Source of the DNA: Mitosporidium daphniae
Lineage: Eukaryota
Direction: 5' to 3'
Length of the DNA stretch: 20,000 bases
Assembly (NCBI RefSeq): GCF_000760515.2
Contig: NW_013546667.1
Location: 49,628 to 69,627, forward strand
Shown: positions 8,306 through 17,241 of the stretch, in pieces
Layout: the number at the start of each line of letters is the position of its first letter
Position numbering within the stretch: the first letter of the stretch is position 1
The notes under the pieces: generated by a model
What the model saw: the letters and a program-made list of their open reading frames with translations, nothing else
What the model was told of the DNA's origin: nothing
Database searches by the model: none
Program-made: the position numbers and the translations under genes

Positions 8306-9339
8306 CTAATATTCGTGACCGGACTTGGGCTTGAAAACCCCATCAATAATATCGGTCATCGAAACGACACCCAAAAGCTTTGGATGTGCAGAACCAGCCC
8401 TGTTTGGAGAAGTTGCGGGATTTTCCACCACCCACACGCGATGAGTACTGGTGGCCAAAAGCTTCTCAATCACATTTATTAGCGGCGTGTCTTCGTAAAC
8501 ATCGTAATACGGATACCTAGTGTCAATACTTGTATGCTTACCTGTCCCCTCCTCTGGATATGCCGATTTCAGATAGTACCATTGAAATAAAAGGTAGCAC
8601 CGGCTGAAATAAGAAGCTTTTCGGATCCTTTTTGAAGATCAAGTATTGCAAGTCCGATGCCGAGAGATGCCCGACGATCAGATTGTTTTTCTCGACCACG
8701 GCAACGGAGGAGACAGAGTTGACCCTCATTTTCCTAATTGCCTCAATTAATAGTTCGCTGGGGTTAACGCTAACAGCGGGGTATGTAATTTTGATTAAAT
8801 GGGAAAGGGGCAATAGAAAGTCGTTGTCCCGCTTTCCCTGCTGCTCTTTGAGGATCCAACGAAGAAGATCCGATTGCGACAAAACGCCGCAAATCCTTTC
8901 GGAAGGCTTTGGAATGTCCGTTTTGGAAATAGCGTCATTCATAAGCACAATGCGATGGATTCCCATCCCCAACACCTCAATGGCATTTAGAATGGGCGAA
9001 TCAATGCCGGTCGAATAGAAGGGATCTTTCATTGATCGATCGACAAGCGTACGGGCCGTGGCTTCGAGTTGGAGGCCGTCCACGCCTTTGTGAAGCAAAA
9101 AATCGGCAAGATCGACATAGTCCAGCATCCCACATATAACGCCCGTATCTGGATCAACCACGGGCGCAGATGATATATGATGGTCTGATAGGGTCTAAAC
9201 ATTAATGGCAACGAGTGTGTGCCTTGTATGCAGCTATGGTGTTCGAGTCGGCCGAAATACACACAACCGCCTTAGTAGCATGGGGGGAGTCTACGATGCT
9301 CCTGCAAGTGACATTCTTGACATGTTGAAAGTCCAGCAT
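8306..9339 (-). CDS. Four-CBS-domain protein, Sds23/AMPK-gamma-like (about 326 aa)
   Basis: ATG 9339. Introns 9195-9222 (GC-AG) and 8517-8541. CBS motifs HHISSAPVVD...GMLDYVDL, GIHRIVL...GVLSQSDL, VSSVAVV...GHLSASDL and KLLATSTHRVWVV...GVVSMTDII. Stop TAG 8306-8308, followed by AATAAA. Confidence 0.85.
9195..9222 (-). other. 28-nt GC-AG spliceosomal intron
   Basis: AAG|GCACAC...GTTTAG|ACC joins ...ISADSNTIAAYK to TLSDHHISSAPV in frame. The internal GT donor gives a frameshift. Confidence 0.75.
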
Positions 9340-9404
9340 CACTTAATTTTAACGAGTGACCAAAGTTTGAATTGATTGGAAATTAATTAACATTCAAGGA
9401 AATG

Positions 9405-9468
9405 TTTTGGAAAATTCTATTTGCAAACTTAACTTTCTCGAAGGTTTGGTAGCGTGGGCCATAAATAG
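9405..9468 (+). promoter_or_regulatory. Heat-shock-element-like repeats and TATA-like box upstream of HSP20
   Basis: TTTtgGAAaaTTC (9405-9417), TTCtcGAAggTTT (9435-9447) and CATAAATA (9460-9467). Confidence 0.55.
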
Positions 9469-9494
9469 CCACAGTTTGGGCCGCCGTCCCCACA

Positions 9495-10034
9495 ATGTAC
9501 GCAGACAGATTTTTCAGACGATCTTTGAGGGACATTGATGCCATGTTCGAAAGGATGTTCGATATGCCAGCCTTGTTCAGATTTCCCATGACCAGGGATC
9601 TCGGAAGATCCTCACCATCTGTGGATGTCAGAGAAACCGATTCGCAATATATCATTGAGGCAGAGCTACCTGGGGTCCGCAAGGAAGACATACGTGTCCA
9701 ATGCTTTGAAGGTCGCACCATTTCACTTGATGGCTTCTACTCTCGAAAATACTCTGCACCGTCCTCTAACGAGCTGAGTGGTAAGCCCGAAGAGGACACT
9801 TCTGAAAGCATGTCCGTAGAAAAGCGCTCGTCTTCAACAGATGTTGCAAAGGAACAGCCGCATAATGTTCTCCAAGCTGAAAGGGCCGAAGGAAAATTCT
9901 TCAGATCATTCACTCTTCCTGAGGAAATCGACTGTTCCAAGATTGACGTCACTTTTGAGAATGGACTTTTATCCATCATCGCGCCAAAGTCCGAGGGAAA
10001 ACGCGGAATCCCAGTCACCATCAACGTCAAGTAG
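9495..10034 (+). CDS. Small heat shock protein (Hsp20 family), cytosolic type
   Basis: 179 aa with PSVDVRETDSQYIIEAELPGVRKEDI...ERAEGKFFRSFTLPEEID...FENGLLSIIAPK and a C-terminal I-x-V motif (TINVK). Confidence 0.95.
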   Translation: MYADRFFRRSLRDIDAMFERMFDMPALFRFPMTRDLGRSSPSVDVRETDSQYIIEAELPGVRKEDIRVQCFEGRTISLDGFYSRKYSAPSSNELSGKPEEDTSESMSVEKRSSSTDVAKEQPHNVLQAERAEGKFFRSFTLPEEIDCSKIDVTFENGLLSIIAPKSEGKRGIPVTINVK

Positions 10035-10047
10035 CCTCATGTAGATC

Positions 10048-10059
10048 AATAAATTTATT
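10048..10059. terminator. Palindromic bidirectional polyadenylation signal AATAAATTTATT
   Basis: Between the convergent stops of HSP20 (10034) and TRS23 (10058). AATAAA is present on both strands. Confidence 0.65.
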
Positions 10060-10534
10060 ACAAGGACGTAGGCTTTCTCTCACTAAGGCTTTCAGAAGCT
10101 ATTTTGAGGATGGAGCTGTTGAACGCTTGACACTTTATCGGCATGTCTAGCGTGTAAAATGGGTTCTTCAAGATGCAATTGGCGTATGACGAATATAGCC
10201 TGTTGAAGAACAGTTCTAGCCGTAAATCGTCGATCGGCTCTTCCGAGTGTGAAATCAAAAGAAACTTCAGTCCAGTTACGGTCTGTCTGCAATGAAGATT
10301 GAATTCCCTCCCATTGATCGTGGTGATGCCAAACCCGACAAACGGACCCAGCGAAACCGGCGTGCACTTTGAATCGGGAACCAAAAGACAGGAGATGGCA
10401 TGTATGGATTGAAAAGTAGAGGCCAAAACCATTAGGTGGTTACTGGAAGCCAGCGACCCACTTTCCGTGGGAAAGTCGAACGAAAATATGAGGCCCCCGG
10501 CCTTGTTGATGATAAGCAAAGAGAATGAAGACAT
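10058..10534 (-). CDS. TRS23: TRAPP complex subunit Trs23/TRAPPC4 (sybindin family)
   Basis: FSLLIINKAGGLIF, SNHLMVLASTFQSIHAI, QTVTGLKFLLI and YANCILKNPFYTLDMPIKC. Confidence 0.93.
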   Translation of the reverse strand: MSSFSLLIINKAGGLIFSFDFPTESGSLASSNHLMVLASTFQSIHAISCLLVPDSKCTPVSLGPFVGFGITTINGREFNLHCRQTVTGLKFLLISHSEEPIDDLRLELFFNRLYSSYANCILKNPFYTLDMPIKCQAFNSSILKIASESLSERKPTSL

Positions 10535-10669
10535 AACCCTAAAATTGGGCCAAGATTTTACTTTATTTGGCCAATGTGCATGGTGCCGATAAATCAGTTG
10601 CCTTTACAACACTTGCGTTGCATGTGGCAAGCATTTTTGGTGCACCCAACCACAATGCAGCATGTGATT

Positions 10670-10721
10670 TTGATTTGACATTGAGAAGGGACGAAAATGG
10701 CAGACCTCAATGTCGAATCAA
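10670..10721 (+). repeat. 16-bp inverted repeat (hairpin with one G-U pair, 20-nt loop)
   Basis: TTGATTTGACATTGAG (10670-10685) pairs with CTCAATGTCGAATCAA (10706-10721). Confidence 0.9.
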
Positions 10722-10722
10722 G

Positions 10723-10756
10723 CCATTTCAATGCACATGCATGTGCATTGAAATGG
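10723..10756. repeat. Perfect spacerless 34-bp palindrome
   Basis: CCATTTCAATGCACATG followed directly by CATGTGCATTGAAATGG. Confidence 0.97.
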
Positions 10757-10837
10757 ACATCTCAAACGGGTGTAATCTTAAAATTTGGTCCAATGCAAGG
10801 TGTCACGCTTAAAAAGTCTGGCATTTATTATTAATAT

Positions 10838-12619
10838 TTACACGTTCATGCGTGGCATTGATTTTGAGCGAAATTTGCATCTTTCTCTTGTGAAGGACGA
10901 GGAGGTTCGGCCAAGTGCTCCCCGTTCCAGCAGAGGGCTTTTCGGAGAAGATGGTGCAAAAAGACATCCATTGCCAGTTGGAGTGCTTAATAAGTGGTCG
11001 TTGTTTTTCAATAGAGACGATTTTGTTAATGATGGATCTACGGTCGGAAATAGCATAACCTCGGGGTCGAGCATTATCGGATTGATGGATGGTTGTGTGG
11101 GGGTATTTAAAATTAAAGCAGAGATTTCATCAAAATTAGAGTGCATAATAATGGGCGAAGATGCTGAAGAAAGTGCTCCTTTCACAGAAGAAGAAGAAGA
11201 TGATGATGATGACGAAGGGGCCCTTTTTCTTTTTGAAAATCGCCAAAAAATCCACCAATTTATGAAAATCGAAAATACAACGATCAAAAGAAGAAGAAAC
11301 ACCCCGTTTAATTCGGAATCCTTGTTCCAAAAATATACAAATCGCTCTATTTTCAACACATCATACAAATTGTTAATATACCCACTCCGAGCAATGCCTG
11401 GCTCTGTAACAGATTCCGGAAGGCGGCTCTCGAAAGAGCAGAAAGAAAAATTTACATCCCATGTTTGCACCTTGGCCATTGAGTGGCGCAGAGCATTTAG
11501 CTCGGACGAGGTTTCCAAAAGCTGAGAGGCAAGCGAATCCGTTTGGCTTTCAAGGAGCCCCACACGGTCAATAATAAGCTTGAAAATGTTATTTCCAGAT
11601 ATTACGTCGGAAGATTCGCTTTCGTTCTTTTCAAAAAACAACGGGGACCCATCAGACGAATGGGCTTTAAATAGCGTTCGAAAGTGCTTGTTGGAGTCCA
11701 GCATTTGAAAAAGAAGGGAGAGATTGCTGTTAATATTTCGGTGGTGCGCATGGGCACGGTGCTGATTATTTTTGCTGGTATTGTTGTTGCTTGGGCAGGA
11801 CCTTCGATGTTCGTTGATGTCGGGCGTTTCCTTGCCAGGATCTGCCTTTTTTGTGATTCTGAAATTTTCTTGGAAAGAGGTGTTCGAGTGAGGCATCGGG
11901 TTTTTTGCTATTTCTTGCCTCAAGTCATCAATCATGGTGGTTCCATATACGGCCAGAAATGTGACGGGGCAATAAAACTCGTGCCCATAAAAGGATTCAA
12001 ACTCAAACCTCAAGTATCGGACGAAAGAAGACGAGCCTTCTAAATTGAACACCTGCGGTCCTCGTGTAGGCGAAGCCTCCAAGTTTGCAATCAACTTCCA
12101 GTCTGGAGATTCGGCCCCATATCTTGCAGAGCCAAAAAGACCGACCTTCTTAAAAGAGCTCGAAAAATATTCCTCGTTGGAGAGCACAATGGTATCTATG
12201 CGTAGCTCGGAGCACAATTCAACGATTATGTTTGAAATGGAAGCAGAGTTGGTGATTTGTGTCTGCGTGGAGGTAAAGAGAAAGCTAGATAGCCACTTCA
12301 AAGTGGAGGAGGACTTGTAATTTGTGCATGGAATTAGCATGTAGACGTCTTTGTTGGGGCTCAAAATTGCGCTTGGAGATTTGATGCCCAAACTTGAATG
12401 TATCACCAGAGCGGCACATGCAGCACTTGCAAAGTTAAACCTCTCCTTTAAAACAGAAGAAAAAACCTTACTGCTGTTAAAGTAAGGTTTCACGCCGGAA
12501 TAAATCGACGATGAATGGTTCTTTTGTGGGTGCGAGGACGGCGAAGACGGCCAGTGCCCATGGGTATTTGCCGACGCCTGTCTTGAATCGCCACCAGAAT
12601 GCACGGAGGACGACGCCAT
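10838..12619 (-). CDS. SLP1: Mid-SUN domain protein, Slp1/SUCO-like
   Basis: FNFASAACAA, AILSPNKDVYMLIPC, IIVELCSELRIDTIVLSNEEYFSSSFK, VRYLRFEFESFYGHEFYCPVTFLAVYG, NNIFKLIIDRVGLLE, a coiled coil and a TM segment (GVFLLLLIVVFSIFINWWIFW). First ATG is 12619; the frame is open to GTG 12658. Confidence 0.88.
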   Translation of the reverse strand: MASSSVHSGGDSRQASANTHGHWPSSPSSHPQKNHSSSIYSGVKPYFNSSKVFSSVLKERFNFASAACAALVIHSSLGIKSPSAILSPNKDVYMLIPCTNYKSSSTLKWLSSFLFTSTQTQITNSASISNIIVELCSELRIDTIVLSNEEYFSSSFKKVGLFGSARYGAESPDWKLIANLEASPTRGPQVFNLEGSSSFVRYLRFEFESFYGHEFYCPVTFLAVYGTTMIDDLRQEIAKNPMPHSNTSFQENFRITKKADPGKETPDINEHRRSCPSNNNTSKNNQHRAHAHHRNINSNLSLLFQMLDSNKHFRTLFKAHSSDGSPLFFEKNESESSDVISGNNIFKLIIDRVGLLESQTDSLASQLLETSSELNALRHSMAKVQTWDVNFSFCSFESRLPESVTEPGIARSGYINNLYDVLKIERFVYFWNKDSELNGVFLLLLIVVFSIFINWWIFWRFSKRKRAPSSSSSSSSSSVKGALSSASSPIIMHSNFDEISALILNTPTQPSINPIMLDPEVMLFPTVDPSLTKSSLLKNNDHLLSTPTGNGCLFAPSSPKSPLLERGALGRTSSSFTRERCKFRSKSMPRMNV

Positions 12620-12677
12620 TGCAAAATTAAAAACAAGTAAAAGTTTGAGGGCATCCACGTTGTGTATTAATAATTTA

Positions 12678-15600
12678 CTATACTACTGTTGTACTTGGCG
12701 GGTGATATTTTTCTTGATCAAACAATAATGGTTTTCTTGATATTTTGAGAGATGAAACGGGGCTTGGTTGCGGCCTGGCAAGCGTGGCCGATTTGGTGTC
12801 ATCAATCGGCTCGACAATGTCCATCATGGCACATTTTTCGTGGTCAATGTAGGAAAATACTTCGTCATCCCGCTCCAAGGGGTTACTGGACCTTTCCCCA
12901 GGCCTTTCAAAATCCTCATATTCAGGCACACCCACCACCACCTTTTGCAGGAGCTTAAACAGCCCCGTCCCAATAGGCATTGGCGTGCCCATAATGATAC
13001 ATTCAGATACGCCAAGAATATCGTCTTGTTTGCCACGAACAGCAGCGTCAAAAAGATGGTCTGTGGTTTTTTCAAAAGAAGCAAGCATGAGGACAGAATC
13101 CTTCATCTTGGAGATGCCAAACCTTGTGATTCCAAGTATTTCGCCTTTACAAGTCATCGTGTCTGCAAGAAGAGCAACATGCCTAGCATCAATGGTCATG
13201 CCGTGTTTGCTCATGGTATATTGGATTTCAGATGCAATGGTGGTACGGGCTGCCTCGATGCCCAAGATCTTTGAAATCTCAATGATGTGGTTGGAGGTCG
13301 TTTTTGAGGAAACAACACCTTCGGTAGACATGACGTCAAGAAGGCCATACCCTTCAACGAGAAGGTTGTAGCTTCCGTCATTGTTATCATTGATAACCGC
13401 TCTTTGTACACTGGGAATCCCAAGGACAACAACGGTCGGAAGTGCTCGTTTCAGCCGCTGCAATCTTAAATACATATTTTCGTTGACAGCCAATTTTGGA
13501 GGAAGATATACGCGAAGCGTATCTGGTGGCTCGACCAGTATTTGGCTTTCATTAAGCTTGAGCTTGGGAGCAACAGAAAGCGTCTTTTGGATCTGAAAAA
13601 TATCAATCTCAAGCTGTAGGGCTCGAATGGTTTCCAGGCTCAGCTTGATGCGAAGATACGATTCCGAGGGTGTATATACCTCCTCAATATGCTCGGAAAG
13701 GTCCCCGAGCCGAGTTACTTCCACTCGACCTTTGATGATACGCGCGGCCACTTGATCGCGATCAGAGACAAGCATTGCTGTTATGATTGGCGTTGATATC
13801 AGTTTGGAAGCATTGATGATTTCCTTAATCCTTGGCACACCAAGGGTAATATTCATGGATGCAACGCCAGCAAAATGGAAAGTCTTCAAAGTCATTTGAG
13901 TTCCAGGTTCGCCGATAGATTGGGCACCAAGAGCTCCAACCGCAGTGCCGGGCTCTATACGTGCGCGTCGATACTTGCATAGGCATGTTTTTAGAAACAA
14001 TGAAAGCTGCTCCTTAGACAAGCCCGAAATTTGGGCTTTGTTTTCCGGTACCATGGCAAAGGCGTTTGCATCTTCCAGAGGCTTGCAGCAATATTTGACC
14101 ACAAAGGAACGCAAGGACGAAATAAAAGCCTCTGTACATTTGGCAGGAAAATCTAGCTCTTCAACCATGTGTTCAAATTCACCATAAACCTGGTCACAAG
14201 TCAGTCCAACGTTCCATTTCAGCGGGAGAATGGCCTAAAAATCGATTAAGCGTGCAATCAAATACCTTGATGTGCATCAAATTACGGGCAAAATTTACCG
14301 GAAAATCGTCTCCCTCCATCGAAGCAGGATCAAGACCGTCGTCGCCAAAGCAAAACTGAACAACATTGCCGGTCGATGACCTGACCGATAAATCATATTG
14401 TATAGAAAGGTCCTCCAGCGCCTTCATCAACCTTCGCTGCATGTATCCGGTTTCTGCTGTTTTGACGGCAGTATCTACCAATCCTTCTCTTCCAGATACA
14501 GCGTGAAAGAAAAACTCGGTCGGTGTCAACCCAGAAAAAAAAGAGTTTTTCACAAATCCCTTGGCCGACGGTTTCTTTTCGTTTGGCAAAAAATGCGGCA
14601 ACGACCGATCTGTAAATCCATCTGGAATACGACAGCCAGAGATGATTTGCTGGCCAACACAAGCAACCATTTGAGAAACGTTGATTTTCGAGCCCTTAGA
14701 GCCACACCATTGCATAATCAAAGGCGCGTTGTTAACGGAAAGCTCCTCCAAACATATTTGGCCCACATCGTCACGGATTTTCGAAAGTACTCTAGAAATA
14801 ACGGCCTCCAAAGATTGAGATGGAGTGCAGCCTGGTTGATTTTGCAATTTTCCACACTTGAACTCCTCAATGAACGCATCACATGCTGCATAGCCTTTTT
14901 GGACAAGGGCCTCTTTATGATGGCGCAGCTTTTCTGAAGGTTGCACATCATTGATCCCGATGGAGAATCCCCGATTTGTAAGCCAACTTGAAGAAAGCTT
15001 TGAAAGGCGGAGCATTGCATCTGCAGCAAAAGACGACCCATAGTCTCGCAGGATCACATAAAAGATCGATGTGCTCTTTGATCCATCGCCGAGGATACTC
15101 TTATCCATGACCCCGCTGATCACCTTGCTATTCCGAATAATCAGGTATCTAAGAAATCATTAAAAGGGCACGCGAATTACCCATCTACGGGACAGAACTC
15201 GGGCGGGCGTGTGGGATCGCTACCACGTACAAATGTCCTAGATTTGGCCTCTAAATTTACAAGCACCGGCGATGCGGCATTGGGACGCATAAGGATGTCA
15301 AAAACCTGCTTGCCAGTCCAAAGCATTTTCGGCTACAAATGTGTGAGAAATCAAAATTCAAGGGACATGGAAGCCAGTCGAAAAAGAGATAAAAATACCT
15401 TGAGGATGGACGGCATGGGAAGATCGATTTTTTCCAAAGAATCAAACATACACGTCACGGTTTGGCAGAAAAATGCACGATCCATGAAGACGTTTTTTTG
15501 GGAGAGCAAATATGCAGCCGTGATAAAATCCTGAGTACCCGCAATCACAGGCTGCCCGTTTCTAGGAGAAACGAGGTTTGATTGCACTCCCATCAGCTCA

Positions 15601-17204
15601 ATGGCCTCTGCCCTAGCTTCTTCAGTTTGCGGAAGATGTAGATTCATTTCGTCGCCGTCAAAGTCTGCGTTATAAGGCGCGCATTGGCATTCGTTAAACC
15701 GAAGCGTGCGCCATGGCAGAACCTTAGCCCGATGTGCCATAATGGAAAGCTTGTGCAGGGATGGTTGTCTGTTGAAAAGGACAATATCTCCATCGCATAA
15801 ATGCCGCTCAACGACATCCCCAATCTTTAATTCTCTCGCAACCTTTTCACGGTCGCCAAAGCGAAGAAATCGCTTAAAAGAGCAAGCAGGAGACGAGTCA
15901 TTTGATAAAGAAGCCGAATTGGAGACAACGAAATTGGCGCCCGGGTGGTGGTCGGGCCCAGCCCTCACCAGTGCTCGCAATCTTTCAATCGAAAACGACG
16001 CAACCTGTTCAGGATAAGTCAGCTGTTTTGCAATAAAAATTGGGACCCCAACATCCCCGATTTTAAGCGTTGGATCTGGAGAAATAACTGTCCTTCCCGA
16101 AAAATCGACTCGCTTTCCGGAAAGATTTCCTCGAAACCGACCGGCTTTGCCTTTGAGACGCTGGCAAAATCCCCTGATCGGTTTTGAAGAAACCTGAGCA
16201 GAGGGTGGGATTCCTGGAAGCTCTGAATGGATATAAAGCGCACATTGCAGTTGTAGAAATTCCCAGTCCTCCATGATCATCGAGATTGGCGAGCCTTTAG
16301 ACAAGGCATCTTCCAAAATGAGGTTTGTGTAGATGATTTCGCCCAGCTTTACCGTCAAATCATCCTCATTGGAGCCTGTTTCCTGCTCCACGGAGGGCCT
16401 AATGCAGGCAGGAGGGACAAGTAGCACACGCCATAGAAGCAGATCCGGACGCCCATTACAAGATGGAGGCAATCCAACCAGTTCGCAATCTTCAGGCAAC
16501 ATATTTTCAAAAAGCGCAAGCACTTTTAGCGGGGACAGTTCTTCGATCCCAGTTGTAATAACACGTGAAATTGGCTGCCTTGCCTCGGGCATGCTCTCAA
16601 CGGCTGCAGAAAAAGCGGCTGTGGCCAAATCTATGGTAATTACCTTTTTCCCTCCTCTTCCGTTCTTTTCGTGTATAATTTTAAGAGCCCCTACTTTTTT
16701 GACGATCCCATTGAGAGTATCGCATTGCGAACAATGCGACACCTTCTTGCAAGCCAAAATGATGGTCTTGAAAATAGACTCCCTCTGCAGAGAATCCAAG
16801 TGCGGATTTCTTATTTTTTTCAGCCAAGTCAGCTTTTCATTGTCTGAAAGTAGGATGCGCGAGCAGGTCTTGCAAATGGCCTGCAGAATCGCAATCGTTG
16901 CCTTGAAAAATCCGATGTGGAAAACGGGGAGAGCAAGCTTTATATGCCCGAAATGTCCGGCGCACTCTGCCAGTTTTAAGCCGCAGGTTTCACAAGAATT
17001 GTTCTTATCCGAAATACCAAGCCGACGATCAAGAGACCCATGTGCGAGGGGCTTCGAGCCGGAAGGACCGCCCACAACGGAATACAATTCCCGGTTGCAT
17101 ACTTCCAACTCGGAAAGCTCGCTCATTGCCTGTGGAGAGAGAAGTCCAAAATGAATTGACTGGATCCTCTTGGGAGCATCATTGAGACGAAGCAGTTCCT
17201 TCAT
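12678..17204 (-). CDS. RPC1: DNA-directed RNA polymerase III largest subunit (about 1465 aa, 3 introns)
   Basis: ATG 17204. Introns 15333-15398, 15149-15180 and 14235-14265. Motifs CETCG...[67 protein letters not shown] and [16 protein letters not shown]. No heptad CTD. Confidence 0.96.
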
Positions 17205-17241
17205 CAAATGTATTTACAATTTTGGATTAAATTTATTGAAA

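Noticed and set aside
10567..10812. 81-aa ORF across the palindromic intergenic region
   Set aside because: TTG start, no family resemblance, and sequence dominated by inverted repeats.
10535..10837. Intact MITE or Helitron end
   Set aside because: I found no terminal inverted repeats with a target-site duplication, no CTRR terminus after the hairpin and no second copy in the window.
11187..11216. (GAA)n(GAT)n microsatellite
   Set aside because: Encodes an ordinary poly-serine tract in the SUN protein's C-terminal tail.
12678..17204. Split RNA polymerase largest subunit (archaeal A'/A''-like or viral), or RPB1
   Set aside because: Three introns join the pieces into one 1465-aa protein with Pol III-type motifs and no heptad CTD.
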